From IMG/VR virus record IMGVR_UViG_2061766007_004279: a stretch of 44,464 nt of DNA; one strand, 5' to 3'. This document shows positions 31,544 through 41,669 of this stretch, in pieces (the first letter of the stretch is position 1; each line of letters begins with the position of its first letter). The position numbers and the translations under genes are program-made. Under the pieces are notes generated by a model. The model worked only from the letters and a program-made list of their open reading frames with translations, ran no database searches and had not been told where the DNA came from. Source of the stretch: an uncultured virus (IMG/VR IMGVR_UViG_2061766007_004279). Taxonomy: Duplodnaviria; Heunggongvirae; Uroviricota; Caudoviricetes.

Positions 31544-33233
31544 TCACGCTGGCGGAGACGGCGCCGGAGGGGCTGNNNNNNNNNNNNNNNNNNNNNNNNN
31601 NNNNNNNNNCGGGAGATCAAGTGGGACAACTATCTCATATACCGCGCCGGGCGGTACCGGGATCCTCTGACGGGTATGAGCGAGAAATGCGTGGACGCCG
31701 TGTGTACCGCCTGCGGCAAGAGCATGAAGCTGGAGCACGTGCCAAACGGAAACGGAGAGGCGGCTTTCGGCTTCGCGTGGATCACACCGGAGGGGACGCG
31801 CCTGGCCGGAAGGAGCGGGAGAAAGGTATGCTGCCCGGAGTGCGGCGCGGAGGTCACGGCCCGGCATATCAGCTATCTGAAGTATACGGATGAGTTCGTA
31901 TGGCCGATCTCGCTGGAGAAGATGGGCGAGACGCTGATCCTCTATCTGTGGCGGGTGCAGCGGTGGGCGGACAAGCTGGGGGAGATCCACTGGGACGTCC
32001 GGCCCTGGGAGGCGGTGGCCTACAGCCAGGGGAAAGCACAGAAATACGTGCACTGGATGAAGACCATCAACGGCGCGGTATGCATCCTGGCCAAATGGGA
32101 GTCGCGGGTGCGGTTCACGGACACCGTATACAACATCGATCTCGTGTACTGCCCGGAGGGCATCGGGAAGGTCACGCTGGGGACCTGCATGGAGAACAGC
32201 AAGCTGGAGCTCTATATGGCCGTGGAGGGCGAATACCTGTTCCCGGCAACCTGGCTGCGGATCTACCAGCGGCACCACAACGCGGAGAACCTGATGACCT
32301 GCCAGGCGGCCAAGCTGGCGGCGGGAATGCTGGCCCGGGAGAAAAGGGTGCAGAATTATTCCCGGTGCTTCAACGAAAACACGGATCTGCTGAAAATGAT
32401 GGACTGGAAGAAGGCACGGCCCTGGGACATGCTCCGGATCCGGAAGGAAGAGCTGGGGTATTTCAACGGCAAGGCCAGGGAGGACGGCGCGGAACGGCTT
32501 GCTGTTACCATGCTGCTGCGGAAGAGCGGCTTCACCGTCCGGCCTGGGGAGGAGAACCCCGAATGGCTGAGGAGCCAGGCCAGGGAGTTCATGCGGATGG
32601 GGATCCACCCGGCGAAGGCGGAGAACTACATAAACAGGCAGAAGAGGAAATACCCCAAGGACCGGATCACGGAATACGGGATCACGGACTACTGGCGGGA
32701 CGCGGAATGGCTGGGGATGGATCTGAACGATCCGGAGATCCGGTGGCCGCAGCGGTTCCAGCCCGCCCACGACGCCGCGGCGGANNNNNNNNNNNNNNNN
32801 NNNNNNNNNNNNNNNNGAGGAGCGGAAGAGGATAGCCGCGGCCGAGGCGGCGGAGCGGGAGGACAATTTCCGGAAACGGTTTGAGCGCATGAGCAGGTAC
32901 GCCTGGGAGAGGGACGGGATCCTGATCCGGCCGGCCCGGACCGAGCAGGAGCTCATCGACGAGGGAAAAGCGCTGTCCCACTGCGTGGCGAGCTACGCCA
33001 GGAGGCACGCCGCCGGGGAGCTGACGATTTTCTTTGTCCGGCACGCCGACGAGCCGGACAAGCCCTGGTTCACGCTGAACTTCAACGAGAAGGCCGTGAG
33101 CGTGACGGAAAACCGGGGGAAATGCAACTGCGCCAGGACGCCGGAGGTCCAGGCATTTGAAAACGCCTGGCTGGCGTGGGTCCGGGCTGGCGCGAAGAAA
33201 AAGAAAACGAAAAAGGAGGCCACAGCGGCATGA
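31540..33233 (+). CDS. PcfJ-domain protein (gapped)
   Basis: N-terminal CTACG and CPECG; C-terminal LIDEGKALSHCVASYA..IFFVRH..PDKPWFTL. Confidence 0.85.
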
Positions 33234-34249
33234 ATCCATTTGAAGTAAAGGACGAGACGATCGCCACCGCGTCCACCTCATCCGCCCTTCGGGCACCTTC
33301 CCCTCAAGGGGAAGGCATCGAGGCGCTGACGCCGGAGCAGCTGGGCGGGGAGATCCGGCTGCTGACNNNNNNNNNNNNNNNNNNNNNNNNNNNNNNNNNN
33401 NNNNNNNNNNNNNNNNNNNNNNNNNNNNNNNNNNNNNNNNNNNNNNNNNNNNNNNNNNNNNNNNNNNNNNNNNNNNNNNNNNNNNNNNNNACGAGGGATA
33501 CGGCGACGCCCAGGGCAGTCTTTTCGGTGTGGGAAATAATTTTCCAACGTTGGAAAAAATCAGTATTTCCAATGCTTTGCGGCTTCTGGCGGTGCCGGCG
33601 GAGGAGCGAGAGCAGGTGGCCGAGGAGCTGGACGCCGAGCACCTTTCCGCCCGGGAGCTGGAGAAGGCGCTGAAGGAGCGGGACGAGTGGCAGAAGGCCA
33701 CCGTGGACGCCAGAGAGGAAGCTNNNNNNNNNNNNNNNNNNNNNNNNNNNNNNNNNNNNNNNNNNNNNNNNNNNNNNNNNNNNNNNNNNNNNNNNNNNNN
33801 NNNNNNNNNNNNNNNNNNNNNNNNNGGAGAACAGGCCGGTGGAGGTGGCCGTGGAACGGGACGAGGAGGCCATTAAAAAGGCCGCCGAGGACGCCAGGAA
33901 GGCCGCGGAGGACGCGGCGAAGAAGGAAATGGACAAACTCCGGGAGAAGCTGGAGAAGGCCGAGAAGGCCAGAGAGAAGGCGGAGAAGGACGCGGAGGAC
34001 GCGAAGAAGCGGGCCGTCGAGGACGCCGGNNNNNNNNNNNNNNNNNNNNNNNNNNNNNNNNNNNNNNNNNNNNNNNNNNGGAAGAAGCTCCTGTCCGCCG
34101 AGAGCGGGGCCAACGTGGTCGCCGCGCTGTTCTCCCTGGGGCAGCAGAATTTCAACAGCGCACTGGAGAAGGTGACGGCCATGAAGACCACCCACCCGGA
34201 GGTGGCGGAGAAGCTGCTGGCCGGGATGGAGACCGTCATGGGCCGGCTG
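33230..34249 (+). CDS. DUF3102-like coiled-coil protein with an in-frame family-1 repeat (33274-33316); end in gap
   Basis: ISISNALRLLAVPAEEREQ..AEHLSARELEKALKERD; VEVAVE; long coiled coil. Confidence 0.75.
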
Positions 34250-34304
34250 NNNNNNNNNNNNNNNNNNNNNNNNNNNNNNNNNNNNNNNNNNNNNNNNNNN
34301 NNNN

Positions 34305-34587
34305 ATGGTTCAAGATGATCCTCCGGGGGGAGAAGACAGAGGAGTACCGGGAGATCAAGGACTACTGGAAGACGCGGTTCCATAAGGCGGGGCTTTGCCT
34401 GGAGAGCGGGATTCCCCGGGCGCCGGCGGAGGTGCTGTTCGTGAACGGCTACGGAAACGCGCGGCCCGCCATCCGGGCCACGGTGCGGCTCNNNNNNNNN
34501 NNNNNNNNNNNNNNNNNNNNNNNNNNNNNNNNNNNNNNNNNNNNNNNNNNNNAGCTGATCATTCTGGAAAAGGAGGTCCTGCGGTGA
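34305..34587 (+). CDS. ASCH-domain protein (start in gap)
   Basis: WFKMILRGEKTEEYREIKDYWKTR..FVNGY. Confidence 0.8.
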
Positions 34588-34763
34588 TGGACTTTGAGAA
34601 CACATATACATATCACGAGCCGAAGGGCGACCAGGTGGAGCGATACAAGGGCATCCGGGCCAAGGCGCGGGAGCTGGCGGNNNNNNNNNNNNNNNNNNNN
34701 NNNNNNNNNNNNNNNNNNNNNNNNNNCATGTGGGCCAACGCCTCCATTGCGCGGAACGAATAA
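34587..34763 (+). CDS. Acb2/Tad1-like helical-hairpin protein (gapped)
   Basis: MDFENTYTYHEPKGDQVERYKGIRAKARELA..MWANASIARNE*; RBS AAGGAGG. Confidence 0.65.
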   Translation: MDFENTYTYHEPKGDQVERYKGIRAKARELAXXXXXXXXXXXXXXXXMWANASIARNE

Positions 34764-34776
34764 GGAGGACGGGGAA

Positions 34777-34953
34777 ATGTTCTGGTATCTGATGGTGTTC
34801 GCGGCGCTGTGCGGAGCGGCGTGGGGGATCCGAAAAGCCCTCATCTGTCGGCCGGGGGAGGACGGACACCTCATCCGCCTCCCGCCTGCGGCGATGAGGC
34901 ACCTTCCCCTCCAGGGGAAGGCTTTTAAAGGAAAGGAGAAGGACGATGTTTGA
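34777..34953 (+). CDS. Small membrane protein whose C-terminus reads through a family-1 repeat (34866-34922)
   Basis: RBS AAGGAGG; MFWYLMVFAALCGAAWG..GHLIRLPPAAMRHLPLQGKA. Confidence 0.55.
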   Translation: MFWYLMVFAALCGAAWGIRKALICRPGEDGHLIRLPPAAMRHLPLQGKAFKGKEKDDV

Positions 34954-35572
34954 CGACGGGAAGCTGGCCAGGGCGCTGGCCGCGGAGGAAAAGAGCGGAC
35001 TGACGCTCTCCTTCGACGGGGAGCAGATGATCCTGATCGGCCGGGAGTGGATGGCCATGATCCCGCAGGACATGCTGCGGGAGAAGTACCGGCAGACGCT
35101 TGGACACCTGGTGGAGGCGCTGGGATATGTACCGGAGCGGGAGCTGCTGGAGATCCGGAAGGCCAAGGGCGAGTACGTGATCACCCATCCCCTCCAGGAG
35201 GTCATCGGGGAGCATGTGGGGCACTTCCTGGGACGGGAGGTGGCCGAGGCGAAATACACCGGCCTCACGAGGAACGGTCGGGCGCTTTTGCAGATCCGGA
35301 CGGGGACGATATGGGCCTGCGCCATGTGCGGGCCCGGCATGTCCACCGACGAGGTGCGGCTGNNNNNNNNNNNNNNNNNNNNNNNNNNNNNNNNCGGAGA
35401 GGAGCTGTACCGGACCGTGACGCGGCCCAGGGAGGACGATGCCGCGGAAGTGCTGCTGAATCTCTGGAACCATCTGGAGGCGTGGAGCTGGTGCGAGTGG
35501 CCGAAGGACGAGCAGGACGAGATCGACGGGCAGGAGGATCTGTTCGAGGAGGAGGACGGCGATGGAGTTTAA
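34946..35572 (+). CDS. Hypothetical phage protein
   Basis: 208-aa ORF with an RBS, phage-like codon use and an acidic tail. Confidence 0.7.
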   Translation: MFDDGKLARALAAEEKSGLTLSFDGEQMILIGREWMAMIPQDMLREKYRQTLGHLVEALGYVPERELLEIRKAKGEYVITHPLQEVIGEHVGHFLGREVAEAKYTGLTRNGRALLQIRTGTIWACAMCGPGMSTDEVRLXXXXXXXXXXXGEELYRTVTRPREDDAAEVLLNLWNHLEAWSWCEWPKDEQDEIDGQEDLFEEEDGDGV

Positions 35573-35777
35573 CTGCATGTGGAACACCGAGCCGGTCAGC
35601 GAGTGTCCGCCGGTGAAGGAGCTGGCGCGGCTGCGGGCCGACGTGAAGCGGCTGGAGGGGGAGAACCGGTGGCTGGAAGAGGAAAACGCGAAGCTGAGGG
35701 AGAAGATGGAGAGCAACACCTCATCCGCCCCTGCGGGGCACCTTCCCCCCAAGGGGAAGGCAGGAGGGACGATATGA
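35562..35777 (+). CDS. Small coiled-coil protein ending in a family-1 repeat (35716-35761)
   Basis: RBS GGAGG; ends MESNTSSAPAGHLPPKGKAGGTI*. Confidence 0.6.
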   Translation: MEFNCMWNTEPVSECPPVKELARLRADVKRLEGENRWLEEENAKLREKMESNTSSAPAGHLPPKGKAGGTI

Positions 35778-36121
35778 CGCTGGTGAAGGTGGAGATCGAT
35801 CTGCAGAAGGAACGGCCGGTGACGGTGACCAGGTTCCCGGTGGTGAAGGAGTCGAAACGGATGGTCTACTACGCCGACAGGAAGAAAAAGACGCCGTCGG
35901 CGCTCTACAGGACGTCGCTGGGAAAGACGATCCTTGTATCCCCGATCCGGGCGCAGTGCTTCGTCCTTTCATTCTACGACGACAGAGAAAGCGCAGAGAA
36001 CGGCGTGGCCGTGATGCAGGCGAAAATGGAGATCCTGGCCGACATGGAGGCAGCCATGCAGCGGTGCGCCGTGCGGCTCAACGAGCAGATGGAGGAGCTG
36101 TACGCCTTCATGGAAGGCTGA
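35774..36121 (+). CDS. Hypothetical phage protein
   Basis: ATGA overlap and RBS GGAGG; starts MTLVKVEIDLQKE. Confidence 0.6.
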   Translation: MTLVKVEIDLQKERPVTVTRFPVVKESKRMVYYADRKKKTPSALYRTSLGKTILVSPIRAQCFVLSFYDDRESAENGVAVMQAKMEILADMEAAMQRCAVRLNEQMEELYAFMEG

Positions 36122-36232
36122 GCGTCAAGGGCTGAGAACAGGGCAGGAGCTGCGGCTCCNNNNNNNNNNNNNNNNNNNNNNNNNNNNNNNNNNNNNNNNN
36201 NNNNNNNNNNNNNNNNNNNNNNNNNNNNNNNN

Positions 36233-36268
36233 CCTCACCAGTCTGCGGACTGGGTTCGGGATGACAGA
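36233..36268 (+). repeat. Family-2 hairpin repeat, next to a gap
   Basis: CCTCA-ccagtc-tgcg-gactgg-GTTCGGGATGACAGA. Confidence 0.8.
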
Positions 36269-36285
36269 GAACAGGGGGGAAGGGA

Positions 36286-37017
36286 GTGCGCCGTCTCATG
36301 GAGTACAAGATCATATCCGGGAGGACGACAGAGATCCGGAGGACCATGATGCCCTTCCGGGAGAAAGGGCAGAAGGTCCGCCGGGGGACAAAGGTGAAGG
36401 GAAAGACCTCCCTGCGGAAGATCCTGGCCAACGAGAGGGAAGCCGTAAAGAACCTGGCGAGGATCCTCAACTGCAATTTCCGGCAGGGGGACATGTGGAT
36501 CACCCTCACCTATCCGGAGAAGGATCTGCCGTCATCCAGGGAAGAGGCGAAAGCAGACCTGGAGAAGTTCCTGCGGAAGTGCCGGGAGGCGTACAGAAAG
36601 GCCACGGGGAAGGCGCTGCGGTACGTGGTGGCCGTCTCCGACCGGGACGGGAAGACAGGGGAGACCGGAAAGCGGCTGCACCTGCATATCGTGATGGACG
36701 CGCTTGCCTACGAGGTCATCACCCGCCTGTGGCCCGCCGAGGACGTGACGTACCGCCGTCTGGACGGACGGGGGGATTATACGGGGATCGCCCGGTACAT
36801 GGTGACCAACGCCGGGCCGGCAGAAGGGAAAAAGCGGTGGAGCACAAGCAAGGGACTGCTGAAGCCCGTCATAACCGAGCCGGTGCCGGTGGAGGAAAAG
36901 GAGCGGATCAGGGTGCCCAGGGACGTGAGTCTGAAAGAACGGGAGGAATACCGGGACGAGGAGACGGGCATGTATTCCGCCTATGTGCGGTATGTGAAAG
37001 CGAGGCGGCGGGAATGA
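36286..37017 (+). CDS. HUH-motif rolling-circle-Rep-like protein
   Basis: ILNCNF..WITLTY (motif I), RLHLHIVM (HUH), GIARYMV (Tyr motif), RWSTSKGL. Confidence 0.75.
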   Translation: MRRLMEYKIISGRTTEIRRTMMPFREKGQKVRRGTKVKGKTSLRKILANEREAVKNLARILNCNFRQGDMWITLTYPEKDLPSSREEAKADLEKFLRKCREAYRKATGKALRYVVAVSDRDGKTGETGKRLHLHIVMDALAYEVITRLWPAEDVTYRRLDGRGDYTGIARYMVTNAGPAEGKKRWSTSKGLLKPVITEPVPVEEKERIRVPRDVSLKEREEYRDEETGMYSAYVRYVKARRRE

Positions 37018-37298
37018 AGTTCAAGGCCATGAAGGGATGCCGCCGTCCAGCCAGGGAACAGCGGTATATCTGGGCCCTCATGGGGGCCTGGGGCAGTCTT
37101 ACGCTGGACCGGCGGGCGGAGCTGCGAGTGCTTATCANNNNNNNNNNNNNNNNNNNNNNNNNNNTTGAGGAGCGGGCCCTGTTCGACGTGCTGGTGCGGC
37201 AGAAACCGCCGGAGGCCGTGGCGGCAAGGACTGGGATCTCGGCCCGGAGACTGTACGCCCTGCGGTGCCAGTTCTATGAGCAGGTGCCGATCCGGTGA
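37014..37298 (+). CDS. Putative late-transcription regulator (C-terminal HTH)
   Basis: EAVAARTGISARRLYALRCQFY; immediately upstream of TerS. Confidence 0.55.
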   Translation: MKFKAMKGCRRPAREQRYIWALMGAWGSLTLDRRAELRVLIXXXXXXXXXXEERALFDVLVRQKPPEAVAARTGISARRLYALRCQFYEQVPIR

Positions 37299-37368
37299 GG
37301 GAAACAAAAGGAAACATCCGCCTCGCGCGTCTCTCTGCGTGCGGGGTCATTAGACTATTAGTGCGGAG

Positions 37369-37824
37369 GTGAGGGCCGTGGCGCTGACGCCGAGGCAAAA
37401 GAGCTTTGTGGAAAACTATCTGAAGACCGGGAACGCAACCCAAGCGGCGATCTCCGCCGGGTATGCCGCCAAGAGCGCCCGGAGCCAGGGGAGCAAGCTG
37501 CTGGCCATGCCTGAGGTGCAGGAGTACCGCCGGGAGCTGGAACAGAAGCTGTTCGACGAGCTGGGGATCTCCAAGGCGTGGATCGGACGGCGGATGGTGG
37601 AGGTCGTGGACCGGTGCATGCAGGCCACGCCGGTGCTGGTCTGGGACGACGTGAAGCGGGAGAAGGTGGAGAGCGGCTTCTGGGAGTTCAACGCCCAGGG
37701 AGCCATCAAGGCGCTCCATGAGCTGTATGTGCAGCTGGGGTATGCCCAGGGCCAGGAGGAGACGAAGGAGCAGAGGCAGAGCTTCGAGGACTGGCTGGCG
37801 GAGCAGGGGGAGAGCGGGCTGTGA
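37369..37824 (+). CDS. terS: Terminase small subunit
   Basis: LTPRQKSFVENYLKTGNATQAAISAGYAAKSARSQGSKLL. The start may be GTG 37378. Confidence 0.92.
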   Translation: MRAVALTPRQKSFVENYLKTGNATQAAISAGYAAKSARSQGSKLLAMPEVQEYRRELEQKLFDELGISKAWIGRRMVEVVDRCMQATPVLVWDDVKREKVESGFWEFNAQGAIKALHELYVQLGYAQGQEETKEQRQSFEDWLAEQGESGL

Positions 37825-37909
37825 CACCTCATCCGGCCGCGGNNNNNNNNNNNNNNNNNNNNNNNCGCCGGGGGCGCCGGCCCCTACGAGAAGGACGGGA
37901 GGTGCAAGC

Positions 37910-39500
37910 GTGAATCCATTGGTGGCAAGAGACTATATCGAGGGATGCTTGAAGATCCGGACGAAGAGCGGGGCGGTGATCCCATTCCGGTTCAACCCGG
38001 CGCAGGAGAAGCTGTACGCCGTGGCACGGAAACAGCAGGAGGCGGGGAAGCCCGTGCGGATCATCATCCTGAAGGCGAGACAGCTGGGGTTTTCCACGCT
38101 GACAGAGGGCCTGATCTTCCACGCCTGCGCCACAAGGAAGAATACCAACGCCCTCATCGTCACCCACCGGGAGGACGCCACGGCGAACCTGTTCCGCATG
38201 TCGAAGCTCTTTTACGACGAGCTGCCGGAGCCCATCCGGCCCATGCTGAAAGCCAGCAACGCCCAGGAGCTGATCTTCGAGAACCCCACACGGAGCCCGA
38301 AGGAGAAGGCGGAGCGGCCGGGGCTGCGGTCCCGGCTGCGGTGCGCCACGGCAGGGGGGAAGGGCATCGGGCGATCCGACACGCTCCAGTGCGTGCATCT
38401 TTCGGAGTACGCCTTCTGGCCGGAGGGACCGGACGGGAAGGCCGCCACCCTGACGGGGATCCTGCAGGCCGTGCCGGCCATGCCGGGGACCATGGTGGTG
38501 ATCGAGAGCACCGCCAACGGCTACGAGGACTTCAAGGAGCGGTGGGACGCCGCGTCCGCCGGGGAGAACGACTTCGAGGCGGTGTTTTTCGCCTGGTTCG
38601 AGAACCCGGAGTACGCCATGGAGCCGGTGCCGGGGACGGAGTGGGACCCGGAGGAGCGGGAGCTGATGGAGCGGTACGGTCTCACGGAGGGGCAGATGGC
38701 GTGGCGGCGGTGGTGCATCGCCAACAACTGCGGCGGGGACATCGACATGTTCCGGCAGGAGTACCCGGCCAACCCGGACGAGGCGTTTTTGCATTCCGGC
38801 ACGGGCGTGTTCGACAACGAGCAGGTGATCCTGCAGCGGGAGATGGCGCCGGAGACTGTGAGGCGGGGGGACTTTGTTTGGGAAGAGGGCGAAGGACACC
38901 TCATCCGCCCCTTCGGGGCACCTTCCCCTCAAGGGGAAGGCACGGAGGGCGGGCCGTGGAGGTTTGAAGAAAGCCCGGTGGGGGCGGTGCGGATCTGGAA
39001 GGNNNNNNNNNNNNNNNNNNNNNNNNNNNCTGGGGGGCGATACCGCCGGGGAGGGCTCCGACTGGTTCACCGCCCACGTCATCGACAACAGCACCGGGGA
39101 GCAGGTGGCCGCCCTCCGAAGACAGTACAGCGAGCCGGAGTACGTGCGGCAGGTGTACGCCCTGGGGATGTTCTACAACGCTGCCCTGGTGGGGATCGAG
39201 ACCAACTTCTCCACCTACCCGGTGATGAAGCTGCAGGAGCTGGGCTACCCAAACCAGTACGCCCGGGAGCGGGAGGACACGTACACCCGGCAGGTGAAGA
39301 AGAGCTACGGCTTCCGCACCGACAGGCAGACCAGGCCCCGGGCCATCGCCAACCTGGTGGAGGTGTTCAGCAATCATCCGAGGTGGTTCAGGGACGCCGA
39401 GCTGCTGGGGGAGATGCTGACCTTCTGCTACAACGAGGACCACCGGCCGGAGGCGCTGGCNNNNNNNNNNNNNNNNNNNNNNNNNNNNNNNNNNNNNNNN
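37910..39500 (+). CDS. terL: Terminase large subunit (end in gap 39461-39571)
   Basis: FRFNPAQ, ILKARQLGFST, HLSEYAFW, IESTANG, QEYPA; nuclease domain LGGDTAGEGSD and GIETN. Confidence 0.93.
38896..38941 (+). repeat. Family-1 repeat, in frame in TerL
   Basis: Encodes HLIRPFGAPSPQGEG between the ATPase and nuclease domains. Confidence 0.9.
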
Positions 39501-39632
39501 NNNNNNNNNNNNNNNNNNNNNNNNNNNNNNNNNNNNNNNNNNNNNNNNNNNNNNNNNNNNNNNNNNNNNNNAGCGGCAGCAGCGGAGGCGGAGGAGGTAT
39601 TGAGGCATGCCCCCCTCAGGCGCTACGCGGGG

Positions 39633-39955
39633 ACACCTCATCCACCGCAAGCGGTCCCCCTTCCCCTCGAGGGGAAGGCAAGAGGGGAGGAGATGCGTTT
39701 TCGCGTATGGCAAAATGACGGAAATTTTCCGGGAAGGAGTGGAAAAAAGCTCCTTCCCGGTTTTTTCATACCCGAAAACGCTTTGGTTTCCAACAGGTAC
39801 AGAATTTCGTGAAAGTTCAACAAAAAAGTTGCAGTACAAGGTCAACATCGGCTTGTTAGGGTGTATGCAGGACCAAAGAGCAGAGGGGGACGTTCTCCCT
39901 CATCCGCCGGGCAGCGCCCGGCACCTTCCCCCGCTGGGGGAAGGCATTTCGCCGC
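39633..39955 (+). repeat. Two intergenic family-1 repeats (39633-39679 and 39898-39955)
   Basis: First stems are accgc/gcggt and gccgggc/gcccggc; both are followed by a CCTTCCCC..GGGGAAGG hairpin. Confidence 0.85.
39729..39766 (+). terminator. Intrinsic terminator after terL
   Basis: CCGGGAAGGAG-10 nt loop-CTCCTTCCCGG-TTTTTT. Confidence 0.75.
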
Positions 39956-39989
39956 CCCGGCAGCAAAGGGGAGAAAGGAATAACGATCC

Positions 39990-40902
39990 ATGGAAAACGA
40001 AAGTCTGACGATGGAACAGACGGAGGAGGTCGTGACTCCTCAGAACACGGAGGACAGCGGAAGCACCCAGGGCCAGGAGCCCGAAGGCGGAAAGAGCTCT
40101 GACAGCGCCGAGCAGAGCGGGCAGCGGAAACAGTCATCCGACGACAACCGCCGGTATCAGGCGGCCCGGCGCTCCGGGGAGGAGGCCGGGTATCAGCGGG
40201 CCATCCGGGAGATGAACCAGAGGATCGCCAGAGCGGGGATGCGCAACCCGGGGAGCGGCGAGATCATCGGGGACATCGAGGGCCTGGAGAGCTTTTCCGC
40301 CAGCATCCGCAAACAGCGGATCGCGGAAAAGGCCAAGCGGGAGGGACGTCCCGAGGCCGAGGTGGAAGAGGAGGAGGCGANNNNNNNNNNNNNNNNNNNN
40401 NNNNNNNNNNNNNNNNNNNNNNNNNNNNNNNNNNNNNNNNNNNNNNNNNNNNNNNNNNNNNNNNNNNNNNNNNNNNNNNNNNNNNNNNNNNNNNNNNNNN
40501 NNNNNNNNNNNNNNNNNNNNNNNNNNNNNNNNNNNNNNNNNNNNNNNNNNNNNNNNNNNNNNNNNNNNNNNNNNNNNNNNNNNNNNNNNNNNNNNNNNNN
40601 NNNNNNNNNNNNNNNNNNNNNNNNNNNNNNNNNNNNNNNNNNNNNNNNNNNNNNNNNNNNNNNNNNNNNNNNNNNNNNNNNNNNNNNNNNNNNNNNNNNN
40701 NNNNNNNNNNNNNNNNNNNNNNNNTCTCTACGAGGACTATCTGGAGATCGCCGGGAACGCGGCCCAGGCGGCCGTACAGAAGGCCGAGAGCAAGAAGGAG
40801 CGGGCCACCGGCACCGGCGGCGGCTCCGNNNNNNNNNNNNNNNNNNNNNNNNNNNNNNNNNNNCTCAAAATGACGGCCAAAGAGTTTTTGAGCAGGGAGT
40901 AA
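39990..40902 (+). CDS. Putative capsid scaffolding protein (gapped)
   Basis: Acidic disordered N-terminus, DNRRYQAARR and ATGTGGGS, ending LKMTAKEFLSRE*. Lies upstream of the capsid genes. Confidence 0.7.
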
Positions 40903-40914
40903 GCCTGCAGGAAA

Positions 40915-40995
40915 ACACCTCATCCGCCGGGCAAAGCCCGGCACCTTCCCCTCAAGGGGAAGGCTTTGGAGAGCGCCCCTCAAGGGGAAGGCTTT
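40915..40995 (+). repeat. Family-1 repeat plus a partial tandem copy
   Basis: gccgggc-aaa-gcccggc stem; CCCCTCAAGGGGAAGGCTTTG occurs twice. Confidence 0.9.
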
Positions 40996-41024
40996 GAAGA
41001 AAAACGAAAGGAGATTAACAAAAC

Positions 41025-41651
41025 ATGAGACCCATTCAGAACGCGGGCGGGCATGTGGGCCTGACCGCACGCAATTATCCCATCGCGTACAACACCGCCA
41101 TCAGCGCCGGCGAAGTGGTACAGCTGAGCGGAGGCCTCGTGGTGGCCGCGGNNNNNNNNNNNNNNNNNNNNNNNNNNNNNNNNNNNNNNNNNNNNCATCC
41201 CGGCACCAGCGACGCCCTGAACCCCCGGGCCAACGGCACCGAGATCCTGGTGTACGACAACCCGGAGCTGATCTTCGAGTGCCCCGCGCCCACCTTCGCG
41301 GCCAGCGGCNNNNNNNNNNNNNNNNNNNNNNNNNNNNNNNNNNNNNNNNNNNNNNNNNNNNNNNNNNNNGTGTCCCCCAAGGGCAAGAAGCGGCAGATCA
41401 CCGATTTCGCCAACAGCACCACCACCAACACCTTCACGGTGCCCAGCGGTGAGACGGCGGCGGACGGCGACGTCTACACCCTGTACCCGCAGATCGGCTG
41501 CGCGGCCGGCTGGCGGCTGGACAGCACCACGCTGAGCAAGATCGTGCTGAACGCCACGGGCTGCACCAAGCTGAAGGTCGTGGGCCATGACTTCGACCGG
41601 AAGATGATCCGCCTGATGGCTGTGGAACACAGCCTGGGCGTGGAAAACTGA
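41025..41651 (+). CDS. Putative capsid decoration/cement protein
   Basis: TAISAGEVVQLSGGLVVAA..ILVYDNPELIFE; between the scaffold and major capsid genes. Confidence 0.6.
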   Translation: MRPIQNAGGHVGLTARNYPIAYNTAISAGEVVQLSGGLVVAAXXXXXXXXXXXXXXXHPGTSDALNPRANGTEILVYDNPELIFECPAPTFAASGXXXXXXXXXXXXXXXXXXXXVSPKGKKRQITDFANSTTTNTFTVPSGETAADGDVYTLYPQIGCAAGWRLDSTTLSKIVLNATGCTKLKVVGHDFDRKMIRLMAVEHSLGVEN

Positions 41652-41669
41652 GAGAGGAGAGTGTGAACA

